A DNA stretch of 32,000 nucleotides from Gordonia lacunae (GTDB taxonomy: Bacteria; Actinomycetota; Actinomycetes; Mycobacteriales; Mycobacteriaceae): contig NZ_NGFO01000003.1 of the NCBI RefSeq assembly GCF_002149015.1, positions 116,779 through 148,778 of the forward strand, read 5' to 3'. Under the pieces are notes generated by a model. The model did not search any database. It saw only the letters and a list, made by a program, of their open reading frames with translations, and was not told the origin of the DNA. This document shows positions 1 through 8,346 of the stretch, piece by piece. The translations under genes were made by a program, and so were the position numbers. How positions within the stretch are numbered: position 1 is the first letter of the stretch; each line of letters starts with the position of its first letter.

Positions 1-81
1 ATTGTCGGCCGCCAACACCGGTCCCATACTCACCGATTGCCCCCTGGGAGGCAACGCCGACGTGACACGACCGAGGACCGT

Positions 82-1500
82 TCAGAGCGCGGGATGTGTC
101 TGATTCCAGTCAGTCGTCCGCTGCAACGCGTCGACCACCGACACCAGGGACTGCTCGCTGAACGCCCGGCCGACCATCTGCAGGCCAACCGGGAACGGAA
201 CGCCGGACTCGGTGGTCGTGAAGGCGCCCGGGAAGGTGACGGTCGGCAGCTGGGAGAGCGTGAAGGGCACGGTGAAACGGTGCACGCCCGCCGTCGTCTC
301 GTCATCCATGCGGATCATCTTCTCGACCGGCGGAGCGATGAAGGACATGGCCGGGATCAGAACCGAATCGACCTGCGACACCGCAGCTTCCATCCGGCCC
401 TTGAAGATCCAACGACGCTGCAGCAACTCGTCGTACTCCATCGCCGACATCGACCGGCCACGCTCGATAAGCTCGCGCAGTGCGGGCCCGTAGGTATCCA
501 GAGCGCCCACGAAACCGTCACCGTGCGCGCGTGCGGTCTGCGCGGCACAGACCCCGAACCAATCGTCGATCGCCTGCGTGGGGTCCGGCAGCGTCACCTC
601 GACCATCGTCGCCCCCAGGTCGGCGAGCCGGGCCTCGGCGGCTCGGTGTGCCTTCTCGACGTCGGCGCTGACATCGCGGTAGCTCCATTCCGGGTCGACC
701 CCGATCCGGACTCCGGCGAGGGAGCGCGGACCGTCCCCGACCGACATGTCGGGTACCGGCACCTGCGCGGCCGTCGGATCCCGTGGATCCGCACCGGCGA
801 TGACCCCGAGAACGAGGCCGGCGTCGCGGGCGGACCGGCACATGGGTCCCACGTGGTCCAGTGTCGCTGCGAGCTCGACGGCGCCGGCGCGACTGACCCG
901 ACCCCAGGTCGGCTTCAAGCCGGTGACGCCGTTCGACGCCGACGGCATCCGAATCGAGCCACCGGTGTCAGAGCCGAGGGCGCCGAAGCAGAGGCCCGCC
1001 GCCACCGACGCACCGCTTCCGCTGGAGGAGACCCCCACCCAGCGCCCCGCGTCCCAGGGATTCAACGGTGCCCGGAACGGTGGTGTGTGTTCGGTGTACA
1101 CCCCCTCGGTGGTGTGGACCTTGCCCAGGAGAACCGCGCCCGCCGCCTCCAAACGCTCGACGACGGTCGCGGACGTCGTCGCGACCGTTCCCCGCCGCGA
1201 CGCCATTCCCGCCTCCGTCTGCCACCCGGCCCGATCGAAGATGTCCTTGATCGCCAGCGGAACACCGTCCAGCCGTCCGAGGGGTCGGCCCTCCGCACGT
1301 CGCGAGTCGGACCGCCGTGCGGCGGCCAGCGCGTCATCGTGTGCCACCCAGGCGTACGAGCCGATGGTCTGATCGACCTGGCCAATACGGTCGAGCAAGG
1401 CTTCGGTGATGGCGTACGAGGTCTGCTCCCCGGTCGCCAATTGGTCGGCGATCTCGTGGATCTCCTGGTAGTGCAGCTGGTCTGGATTGTGTGTGCTCAT
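82..1500 (-). CDS. Amidase (amidase-signature family, GatA-like), 472 aa
   Basis: ATG at 1500 and TGA at 82. Contains the Gly/Ser-rich amidase signature (GVSSSGSGASVAAGLCFGALGSDTGGSIRMPSASNGVTGLKPTWGRVS) and the upstream LAIKD lysine motif. Codon bias is typical of the window. Confidence 0.9.
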   Translation of the reverse strand: MSTHNPDQLHYQEIHEIADQLATGEQTSYAITEALLDRIGQVDQTIGSYAWVAHDDALAAARRSDSRRAEGRPLGRLDGVPLAIKDIFDRAGWQTEAGMASRRGTVATTSATVVERLEAAGAVLLGKVHTTEGVYTEHTPPFRAPLNPWDAGRWVGVSSSGSGASVAAGLCFGALGSDTGGSIRMPSASNGVTGLKPTWGRVSRAGAVELAATLDHVGPMCRSARDAGLVLGVIAGADPRDPTAAQVPVPDMSVGDGPRSLAGVRIGVDPEWSYRDVSADVEKAHRAAEARLADLGATMVEVTLPDPTQAIDDWFGVCAAQTARAHGDGFVGALDTYGPALRELIERGRSMSAMEYDELLQRRWIFKGRMEAAVSQVDSVLIPAMSFIAPPVEKMIRMDDETTAGVHRFTVPFTLSQLPTVTFPGAFTTTESGVPFPVGLQMVGRAFSEQSLVSVVDALQRTTDWNQTHPAL

Positions 1501-1521
1501 CGAGAGTGCTCCGTGATCTGT

Positions 1522-1551
1522 GCGGGGTGTTCAGTCGCGGGGTGTTCAGTC
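1522..1551. repeat. Perfect 15-bp tandem duplication (GCGGGGTGTTCAGTC x2) containing the permease stop codon
   Basis: Read directly: unit 1 is 1522-1536 and unit 2 is 1537-1551. In the minus-strand sense this reads GAC TGA ACA CCC CGC twice, which gives a second in-frame TGA five codons after the real stop. Confidence 0.85.
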
Positions 1552-3003
1552 CATGGCCGGCGCTGGACTCGGTTCCTCATCGTGCGGCGCAGACCTGGCG
1601 GCAGGACGATACTGCGAGCCCTTGGTGATGATGGCCAACGGGATGTAGATGGCCGGACCGAGCAGCATCGCGACGAACGAAGCGTAGTAGAGGGGGTACA
1701 CGCCGGCGACGCCGGCCGCCCCGACGGCGATGCTCACGAGCAGCGCCACCAGACCGCAGACGTTCCAGTTCTTCACTTCCCCCTCGCGGAACTCGATCGA
1801 CTCGGATGGTGCCAGCCGCAGCCACTTGCGGCAGACGAAGTAGTCGCTGAGGAGGATGAAGATCCAGGTGTTGGTCATGATGCCCGTGACCGCGAGAAAC
1901 TTGTCGGTGTACTGCAAGATGTTGATGGGGTACAACACTATCCCCACCAAGACCAGCGCCACCATCCACCACTGACGCCCAACTCTCCTCTGTGACAATG
2001 CGTCCCAGGTGTTTGCCAGGGCGAGAGAACCCGAGTACAGATTCATCACATTGATCCGGATCTGCGTGATGATCGCGAAGACGACGCCCAGGACGCCCAT
2101 CACCACCGCGAAGATGAGGCCGGGATCGGTGGCCGACAGTTCCCGTTCGGCCTGAGTCCCGGAGAAGTGCTCGAGCATGGTGTAGCCGAGGAACACACCC
2201 AGAATCATGACGACGACGATCAGCAGCAGTTCCACCAGCATCACCGCGCCGGCGCCGACATAGGAGACCGACCGCTTGATGAAACGTCCGTAGTCGGTGG
2301 CGATCAGCGCCTGGAAGACCACCTGACCGTTGGCGAGGCTCATCGCCTGCCACATCGCCGCACCGGTCACTCCGCCGGTGACCTCCCACTGCCCCGGACC
2401 GACGAGGACGTACCCCTTCGCCAGCATCACCAGCCCGATGATGAAGAGCAACAGGAAGATCGGCGCACCGAATCGCTGCAGCAGGTTCATCGAGTGCATT
2501 CCGCGCCACGAGAAGTACAGGGCCACCATCGCGACGATTGCGAAGACCACGCTCGCAGCGGCGGAGTTGATCGAGATACCCAGCAGTTCACTCAGGCCGT
2601 GCGAGACGATGCTGCCTTCGAAGATGAAGTAGAAGACGTAGTTGATCGCGTAGACGAAGGACGCAACCGCCGAGCCTTTGGCGCCGAAGCCCAGCCCTCG
2701 CGAGAGGAGCGGGAGTGAGAGGCCCTGCTGACTGGCGATTCTCATGATCAAGGCGCCCACGATGGTTGCACCGATGACCATATAGGCCACCGGAACGAGG
2801 AACAGCGGCCAGCCGACCAGAAAACCGATCTGGCCACCCAGCGCAAACCAGAACATCGCGGTGACATTGCCGGTCAGGACCAACAGGATCGCCGGTCGGC
2901 GCCATCGCGCCGTGTCGGGTACCCGCTCCGTCGCGTAACTCTCGATCTGGTCGTCGAGGCTGGCGGAGGGACCCTTGAAGTAGTCAGCGAGACTCACGTG
3001 CAT
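1546..3003 (-). CDS. Purine/cytosine (CodB-type, NCS1 family) permease, 485 aa
   Basis: Polytopic membrane protein. Motifs match E. coli CodB as I remember it: SRGLGFGAKGS vs ARFSFGVKGS, ATDYGRF vs TADFVRF, NVMNLYSGSLALAN vs NDNALYASGLGFAN. I chose the ATG at 3003 (MHVSLADYF). The 30 extra codons of the tracked ORF (to 3093) run into the AT-richer promoter region. Confidence 0.8.
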   Translation of the reverse strand: MHVSLADYFKGPSASLDDQIESYATERVPDTARWRRPAILLVLTGNVTAMFWFALGGQIGFLVGWPLFLVPVAYMVIGATIVGALIMRIASQQGLSLPLLSRGLGFGAKGSAVASFVYAINYVFYFIFEGSIVSHGLSELLGISINSAAASVVFAIVAMVALYFSWRGMHSMNLLQRFGAPIFLLLFIIGLVMLAKGYVLVGPGQWEVTGGVTGAAMWQAMSLANGQVVFQALIATDYGRFIKRSVSYVGAGAVMLVELLLIVVVMILGVFLGYTMLEHFSGTQAERELSATDPGLIFAVVMGVLGVVFAIITQIRINVMNLYSGSLALANTWDALSQRRVGRQWWMVALVLVGIVLYPINILQYTDKFLAVTGIMTNTWIFILLSDYFVCRKWLRLAPSESIEFREGEVKNWNVCGLVALLVSIAVGAAGVAGVYPLYYASFVAMLLGPAIYIPLAIITKGSQYRPAARSAPHDEEPSPAPAMD

Positions 3004-3120
3004 TCCCTTCACGCGTCCACCGACGGTCGGTGTGCCGTCGGCGTCGCATCTACCCAATACGTGTGAACCACATCTCACAAGGCGTGGATGCATTCGTCAA
3101 CGGCGTGATGTGCACTCTTG

Positions 3121-3136
3121 ACTGCAATTATGCAGT
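3121..3136. promoter_or_regulatory. Candidate operator: inverted repeat ACTGCA-ATTA-TGCAGT in the divergent promoter region
   Basis: Lies in the 245-bp, comparatively AT-rich gap between the permease (-) and mmsA (+). It has 6-bp perfect arms. Related TGCA-containing half sites and a second TTGACTGC occur at about 3195-3225. Confidence 0.3.
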
Positions 3137-3248
3137 TTCCGCAAAGGTGACCACCCGCGGCGACGTCGCCCAGCGGATATGCGAATCTGCAGCCTCAGAT
3201 GCAATTTCGGTGATTGACTGCTGCACATCCGCATCACACAGTGAGGAC

Positions 3249-4751
3249 ATGACTGTTCCTCCGATCACAATTTCGCACTGGCTCGACAACCGTCGACACG
3301 TCGGCTCCAGCGCGGACACCGCCGATATCACCAACCCCTCGACGGGCACCGTCACCGGTCGCGTCGCGCTCGCCACCCGGGACGACGCCGCCGAGGTCAT
3401 CACCGCCGCCGCCGCGGCCTTCCCGGGATGGCGCGACACGTCCCTGTCGAAGCGGACGGCTGTCCTCTTCCGTTTCCGCGAGTTGCTGAACGCCCGCAAG
3501 GGTGAGCTCGCCGCCATCATCACCGCCGAGCACGGCAAGGTTCTCGACGATGCCCTCGGTGAGGTCAGCCGCGGCCAGGAAGTCGTCGAATTCGCCTGTG
3601 GCATAGCGCATCTACTCAAGGGCGGGTACACCGAGAATGCATCGACGAATGTCGACGCGCACTCTGTACTCCAGCCGATCGGGCCGGTGGCGATCATCAG
3701 CCCGTTCAACTTCCCGGCGATGGTCCCCCTCTGGTTCTTCCCCGTAGCGATCGCGGCAGGCAACACGGTGATCCTCAAACCCAGCGAGAAGGACCCGTCC
3801 GCGTCGCTGTGGCTGGCGGAACTCTGGAAAGAAGCGGGCCTCCCCGACGGGGTCTTCAACGTGTTGCAGGGCGACAAGACCGCGGTCGACGCCCTCCTCA
3901 CCGATCGGGCGGTGAAGGCGATCAGCTTTGTCGGGTCCACACCGATCGCACAGTACGTGTACTCGACCGGTACCGCCGCGGGCAAACGCGTACAGGCTCT
4001 GGGCGGAGCAAAGAACCACGCCATCGTGCTTCCGGACGCGGATCTGGACCTTGCGGCCGACGCGATCGTCGGAGCCGCTTACGGTTCGGCCGGCGAACGC
4101 TGCATGGCCATCTCCGTCGCGGTAGCGGTCGGTGACATCGGTGATCTGCTCGTCGACAAGCTGGCCGCCCGGGCCGCACAGATCGTTCCCGGGGACCCCA
4201 CCGCCGGTAACGAGATGGGGCCGCTGGTGACATCGGCACACCGCGACAGGGTCGTGGGCTACATCGCGGCCGGGGTCGACGAGGGCGCCAAGCTGGTGCT
4301 CGACGGTCGGGAGACGTCACCGCTGGGAGACCCGAAGGGGTACTTCGTCGGCCCGACACTGTTCGATCACGTCGCCACCGACACCTCGATCTATCGAGAC
4401 GAGATCTTCGGGCCGGTTCTGGCCGTGGTCCGAGTCGACACCTACGACGAAGCACTCGAGCTCGTCAACAGCAGCGAGTACGGCAACGGCACCGCCATCT
4501 TCACCAACGACGGGGGCGCGGCACGCCGATTCACCACGGAGGTCGAGGTCGGGATGGTCGGTGTCAATGTGCCCATCCCGGTGCCGATGTCCTACTACAG
4601 CTTCGGCGGCTGGAAGAGCTCGCTGTTCGGCGACTCGCACGCGCACGGCATGGAGGGCGTCCACTTCTACACGAGGACCAAGGCAGTGACCACCCGATGG
4701 TTGGATCCCAGCCACGGTGGCGTCAATCTCGGCTTCCCCCAGAACGACTGA
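3249..4751 (+). CDS. mmsA: Methylmalonate-semialdehyde dehydrogenase (CoA-acylating), 500 aa
   Basis: ATG at 3249 preceded by GAGGA. N-terminus ISHWLDNR..., then PIGPVAIISPFNFPAMVPLWFFPVAIAAGNTVILKPSEKDP, catalytic-Cys region GSAGERCMA, and C-terminal FGGWKSSLFGDSHAHG. These are all typical MmsA/ALDH6 features. Confidence 0.92.
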   Translation: MTVPPITISHWLDNRRHVGSSADTADITNPSTGTVTGRVALATRDDAAEVITAAAAAFPGWRDTSLSKRTAVLFRFRELLNARKGELAAIITAEHGKVLDDALGEVSRGQEVVEFACGIAHLLKGGYTENASTNVDAHSVLQPIGPVAIISPFNFPAMVPLWFFPVAIAAGNTVILKPSEKDPSASLWLAELWKEAGLPDGVFNVLQGDKTAVDALLTDRAVKAISFVGSTPIAQYVYSTGTAAGKRVQALGGAKNHAIVLPDADLDLAADAIVGAAYGSAGERCMAISVAVAVGDIGDLLVDKLAARAAQIVPGDPTAGNEMGPLVTSAHRDRVVGYIAAGVDEGAKLVLDGRETSPLGDPKGYFVGPTLFDHVATDTSIYRDEIFGPVLAVVRVDTYDEALELVNSSEYGNGTAIFTNDGGAARRFTTEVEVGMVGVNVPIPVPMSYYSFGGWKSSLFGDSHAHGMEGVHFYTRTKAVTTRWLDPSHGGVNLGFPQND

Positions 4752-4764
4752 CATCGGAGGATTC

Positions 4765-5928
4765 GTGTCCCGTTTCGCATTCCCCAGATTCCTGAACGTC
4801 GGGCCCGGCACGCTGGACACCGCGGCTGAGGCCCTCGACGCGTTGGGGCTCACTCGACCACTCATCGTCACCGACGCCTTCATGGTGTCGACCGGGACGG
4901 TCACCCGCCTGTGCCGTGCCCTGGAGCAGTGCGGGCACGAGGTCGCGGTCTTCTCCGACACCGTGCCGGACCCCACCACCACGTCCCTGCAAGCCGGCCT
5001 CCGGGCGGTCGACGACCACGGAGCCGACAGTGTGATCGGTCTCGGCGGCGGCAGCCCGATCGACACCGCGAAGGCGTTGGCGGTTCTCGCCGTCAACGCC
5101 GAGAGCTCCATGAACGAATTCAAGGCGCCGTCGTCGTTCAGCGGACCGGCGCTTCCGGTCGTCGCCATCCCGACGACTGCGGGAAGCGGCTCGGAGGCAA
5201 CGCAGTTCACGGTCATCACCGACGACTCGACCGACGAGAAGATGCTGTGTCCCGGCCTGTCGTTCCTGCCGGCCGCAGCCATACTCGACTTCGAGCTCAC
5301 GATGTCGATGCCACCTCGACTGACCGCCGACACCGCGGTGGATGCACTGACACACGCGATCGAGGCCTATGTCAGCATGCGTGCCAATCCGATCTCGGAT
5401 TCGCTGGCGCTCTCCGCGATCTCGACGATCTCCACGTTCATCCGCAGAGCCTATGCCGACGGCGACGACAGGGAAGCCCGCGAAGGTCTGATGATGGCAG
5501 CCACCCAGGCCGGCATCGCCTTTTCGAACTCGAGCGTCTGCCTGGTTCACGGCATGAGCCGACCGATCGGCGCCCACTTCCACGTGGCGCACGGTCTGTC
5601 GAATGCCATGCTGTTGCCGGCAGTCACCCGATTCTCGGTGCTCGGCAACGTCTCTCGCTACGCAGACTGCGCGCGAGCATATGGCGTCGCGACCCACGAC
5701 ACCGACGATGCGACTGCCGCAGCGCAACTCGTCCTCGAGATCGATCAGTTGTGCGCCGACGTCGAGGTTCCCACTCCGCAGGCCTACGGCATCGACGCCC
5801 GCACATGGCGAGACCTCACCCCGACGATGGCGGAACAGGCACTGGCATCGGGGTCTCCGGGCAACAACCCGGTGGTCCCCAGCAAGGCACAGATCGAAGA
5901 GATCTATGCGGCGGTCTACGCCGGCTGA
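4765..5928 (+). CDS. Iron-containing (group III) alcohol dehydrogenase, 387 aa
   Basis: GTG at 4765 with GGAGG 5 nt upstream, 13 nt after the mmsA stop. Motifs GLGGGSPIDTAKA and HGMSRPIGAHFHVAHGLSNAMLLP (metal-binding histidines). Confidence 0.85.
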   Translation: MSRFAFPRFLNVGPGTLDTAAEALDALGLTRPLIVTDAFMVSTGTVTRLCRALEQCGHEVAVFSDTVPDPTTTSLQAGLRAVDDHGADSVIGLGGGSPIDTAKALAVLAVNAESSMNEFKAPSSFSGPALPVVAIPTTAGSGSEATQFTVITDDSTDEKMLCPGLSFLPAAAILDFELTMSMPPRLTADTAVDALTHAIEAYVSMRANPISDSLALSAISTISTFIRRAYADGDDREAREGLMMAATQAGIAFSNSSVCLVHGMSRPIGAHFHVAHGLSNAMLLPAVTRFSVLGNVSRYADCARAYGVATHDTDDATAAAQLVLEIDQLCADVEVPTPQAYGIDARTWRDLTPTMAEQALASGSPGNNPVVPSKAQIEEIYAAVYAG

Positions 5929-5934
5929 ACTCCA

Positions 5935-5977
5935 CGGCGGGGCGGGGAAGACATGTCGATGTCGACTCGCCCCGTCG
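5935..5977 (+). terminator. GC-rich hairpin just after the alcohol dehydrogenase stop
   Basis: CGGCGGGGCG (5935-5944) pairs with CGCCCCGTCG (5968-5977): 10 bp including one G-U, with a 23-nt loop that itself contains the palindrome GACATGTC. There is no U tract, so terminator function is unproven. Confidence 0.3.
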
Positions 5978-5981
5978 CGGT

Positions 5982-6137
5982 ATGTCCGAATCCACAGAAG
6001 GGCGCACTGTGCTGAATGACGCCGCTCATGCCACGATCACAACCTTGCGCACCGGGATCACCGCCATCGCGGCTGTCCTCGGAATCGCGATACTCATCGT
6101 CTGGTATCTCATGCGTCTGGCCGTCGGGCGCCGGTAG
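5982..6137 (+). CDS. Possible small single-pass membrane protein, 51 aa
   Basis: ATG at 5982 and TAG at 6135-6137. One clear hydrophobic helix (ITAIAAVLGIAILIVWYLMRLAV). Third-position GC is lower than in neighbouring genes and I recognise no homology, so this call is weak. Confidence 0.3.
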   Translation: MSESTEGRTVLNDAAHATITTLRTGITAIAAVLGIAILIVWYLMRLAVGRR

Positions 6138-6235
6138 GCCTACGGCCGGAGCCCGGCGGGGGAGTCCCGTTCCGCTCTCGGTTGCGCACTGGTGATCACC
6201 GGTGCCCGACCAACCCATCCGAAAGACACGCAGCG

Positions 6236-6268
6236 CGGTTGCGGCTCGGTGGCCCCGAGCCGCAACCG
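6236..6268 (+). promoter_or_regulatory. Perfect 14-bp stem / 5-nt loop hairpin 30 nt upstream of the glycerate kinase ATG
   Basis: CGGTTGCGGCTCGG (6236-6249), loop TGGCC, CCGAGCCGCAACCG (6255-6268). Exact complementarity was checked base by base. It could be a terminator for upstream transcripts or a 5' UTR structure. Confidence 0.4.
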
Positions 6269-6297
6269 ATCCACCACGACTGAAAGGCCTCGGTCCC

Positions 6298-7452
6298 ATG
6301 CACGCCCTGATCGCGCCGGACAAGTTCAAGGGCAGCCTCACCGCCCGGCAGGTGGCCGACGGTCTTGCCGAGGGGATGAGGGTGCCGGGTGTGGAGATCA
6401 CGACCCTCCCCCTGGCCGACGGCGGGGACGGAAGCGTCGACGCGGCTGTCTCCGCGGGACTCCGTCACGAGCGGGTCCGCGTCGCCGCGGCCCTCGGTGA
6501 TGTCCACACCGCGTCCTACGCGCACAACGCTTCCACCGCTGTCGTGGAGATCGCCAACACCTGCGGACTCAGCACCCTGCCCGCAGGTCACAAAGACCCT
6601 CTGCGAGCTTCCAGCCTGGGAGCAGGCCAAGTCCTGCGAGCGGCGCTGCGACACCGGACCCCTCGAGTGGTCCTCGCCCTCGGCGGCAGCGCGAGCTCAG
6701 ACGCGGGCGTCGGCCTGCTGTCCGCACTCGGGGTCACCTTTCGCGACGACGCGGGACACATCCTCACCCCCGACGCCGCCTCGCTGCCCCACATAGCCCG
6801 GATCGAGGGGCGCCCGCTGCCCGAACTGGACGACGTCGAACTGCTCATCGCCGGCGACGTCACCAACCCGTTGACCGGGCCCGACGGGGCCGCGCACGTC
6901 TACGGCCCGCAGAAGGGTGCCGACGCCGCGACCGTGCAGTGGCTCGACACGGCAGTTACCGAGTTCGTGGATGTACTCAGCCACAACGGATTTCCCGCCG
7001 CACCTGCGATTGCCGCACGTGCCGGCGCCGGTGCGGCCGGAGGCGCCGGATTCGCCGCTATGCTCCTGGGCGGGCGCATGGTGTCCGGCGCCGACTTCTT
7101 CCTCGACCTCCTCGACTTCGACACACACCGCGCCGCCGCCGATCTCGTCATCACCGGCGAGGGACGAATCGACCGCCAGACCGCGCACGGGAAGCTGTTG
7201 TCGGCCCTGGCCGCCCGCGCCCACCCGACACCGGTCGTCGCCGTGGCCGGCCGCAACGACCTGCCGAGGCGCGAATGGGCGCGGGCCGGCTTCACCGCCG
7301 TCCACGCGCTGGCCGACCTCACCTCGAGCGACACCGCCGCCGATCCGGTACTCACGACACAACTGCTGACACAGGTCGGACGCGACATCGCCCGCGAACA
7401 CGGACGGTCGGCCGGCATACCCGCCGATACCGAGCGACCGAGATCCGGCTGA
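6298..7452 (+). CDS. glxK: Glycerate kinase, 384 aa
   Basis: Canonical N-terminus MHALIAPDKFKGSLTA, then PLADGGDGS and the C-terminal VITGEGRIDRQTAHGK motif. The tracked ORF start at 6202 would read through the hairpin and adds non-conserved residues. Confidence 0.9.
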   Translation: MHALIAPDKFKGSLTARQVADGLAEGMRVPGVEITTLPLADGGDGSVDAAVSAGLRHERVRVAAALGDVHTASYAHNASTAVVEIANTCGLSTLPAGHKDPLRASSLGAGQVLRAALRHRTPRVVLALGGSASSDAGVGLLSALGVTFRDDAGHILTPDAASLPHIARIEGRPLPELDDVELLIAGDVTNPLTGPDGAAHVYGPQKGADAATVQWLDTAVTEFVDVLSHNGFPAAPAIAARAGAGAAGGAGFAAMLLGGRMVSGADFFLDLLDFDTHRAAADLVITGEGRIDRQTAHGKLLSALAARAHPTPVVAVAGRNDLPRREWARAGFTAVHALADLTSSDTAADPVLTTQLLTQVGRDIAREHGRSAGIPADTERPRSG

Positions 7453-7597
7453 ATGCGTTCGAGGAGGTGATGGCCGCCTCGCGGCAACTCGAATGCGATG
7501 TCCCGGTCGACGAGGTCCTGCTCATGCAGAAGCCGGTCATCGATTGTTCGTGGCTTCCCGAGGATGTGGGGCTTCCCCCTCGTCTACCCTCGAGTCC

Positions 7598-8320
7598 ATG
7601 GCCGACGTCAACTTCTACTTCGACCCCGTCTGCCCGTTCGCCTGGATGACGAGCACCTGGGTGCGAAAGGTGCAGTCCCAGCGCGATTACACGGTCGACT
7701 GGCGTTTCATCTCGCTGCGCCTGCTGAACGCGCATGTCGATTACGACGCCCAGTTCCCACCGGAGTACGAGGCCGGGCACACGGCCGGGTTACGGCTGCT
7801 GCGAGCCGCGGCGAGCATCCGCCGCGACCACGGACGAGCCGCCATCGGCCCGCTCTATCAGGCACTCGGCACGCGAATCTTCGACGCGCACACCGGTTCT
7901 TACACGGTCGACGCCACCGACATCCGCGGTACCGCGAACTTCGTCGGACCCGTCCTGGACGAACTCGGGTTGCCCGCGCATCACCTGAACGCCCTCGACG
8001 ACACCGGCTTCGACGCCGAGATCCAGTCGGAGACCGACGAGGCCCTGTCACTGACGGGTCGCGACGTGGGTACGCCGATCATCCACTTCCGACCGCCCGA
8101 GGGCGTGGCGTTCTTCGGACCGGTGATCAGCCGGTTGCCGAGTGACGACGACGCGGTCGTCCTCTGGGATCACGTGATCGGGCTGGCGAGTTTCCCGGGC
8201 TTCGCCGAACTCAAGCGCAGTCTGCGGGAGAAGCCGCAACTGCGGGCCTTTGGCGTGTCCGACGACGAGGCGGGTGTCCAGGAGGATTGGCACGGCGGGA
8301 GCCGGCGCACCCACAAGTGA
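7598..8320 (+). CDS. DsbA-family thioredoxin-fold protein, Rv2466c-like, monothiol CPFA variant, 240 aa
   Basis: The N-terminus FYFDPVCPFAWMTSTW and C-terminal GTPIIHF...FFGPVISRLP...FPGFAELKR align with my recollection of M. tuberculosis Rv2466c (FWFDPLCPWCWITSRW ... FFGPVLSKIP ... YPHFFELKR). The second cysteine of CxxC is Ala here. Confidence 0.8.
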   Translation: MADVNFYFDPVCPFAWMTSTWVRKVQSQRDYTVDWRFISLRLLNAHVDYDAQFPPEYEAGHTAGLRLLRAAASIRRDHGRAAIGPLYQALGTRIFDAHTGSYTVDATDIRGTANFVGPVLDELGLPAHHLNALDDTGFDAEIQSETDEALSLTGRDVGTPIIHFRPPEGVAFFGPVISRLPSDDDAVVLWDHVIGLASFPGFAELKRSLREKPQLRAFGVSDDEAGVQEDWHGGSRRTHK

Positions 8321-8324
8321 GCCC

Positions 8325-8346
8325 ACCCGTTCCTACCTGAACGGGT
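8325..8346. terminator. Hairpin shared by the convergent DsbA-like and SDR gene ends
   Basis: ACCCGTTC (8325-8332), loop CTACCT, GAACGGGT (8339-8346). The SDR stop codon (8333-8335) sits in the loop. No U tract. Confidence 0.35.

Noticed and set aside
1-81. Possible start of another minus-strand gene (ATG complement at 24-26, reading MGPVLAADN out of the window).
   Set aside because: Only 9 codons are visible and there is no clear ribosome-binding site, so it cannot be supported from this window.
37-1995. Long ORFs antisense to, or out of frame with, the called genes. Examples: 37..1995 (+), 1577..2509 (-), 11122..12711 (-), 11178..12698 (+), 21038..24505 (+), 22659..24428 (-), 24484..26028 (-), 26806..28950 (-), 14445..15770 (+), 15655..16920 (+), 16770..17972 (+), 19485..20765 (+).
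   Set aside because: - Their products are Arg/Pro/Gly/Asp-rich low-complexity sequences with no recognisable motifs.
- They overlap genes that have strong family signatures.
- Long stop-free stretches in alternative frames are expected at about 68% GC.
3004-3248. Riboswitch (for example TPP or purine) in the leader of the NCS1 permease.
   Set aside because: I could not find the conserved cores (CUGAGA...ACCUGA for TPP, or the purine three-way junction motifs) on the minus strand. The repeats look more like protein-binding dyads.
7470-7649. Small ORF (MAASRQLECDV..., 60 aa) upstream of and overlapping the DsbA-like gene start.
   Set aside because: - The GGAGG is only about 2 nt from the ATG.
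- The ORF overlaps the well-supported DsbA-like start in another frame.
- Its C-terminus is low-complexity (STSTSTPS).
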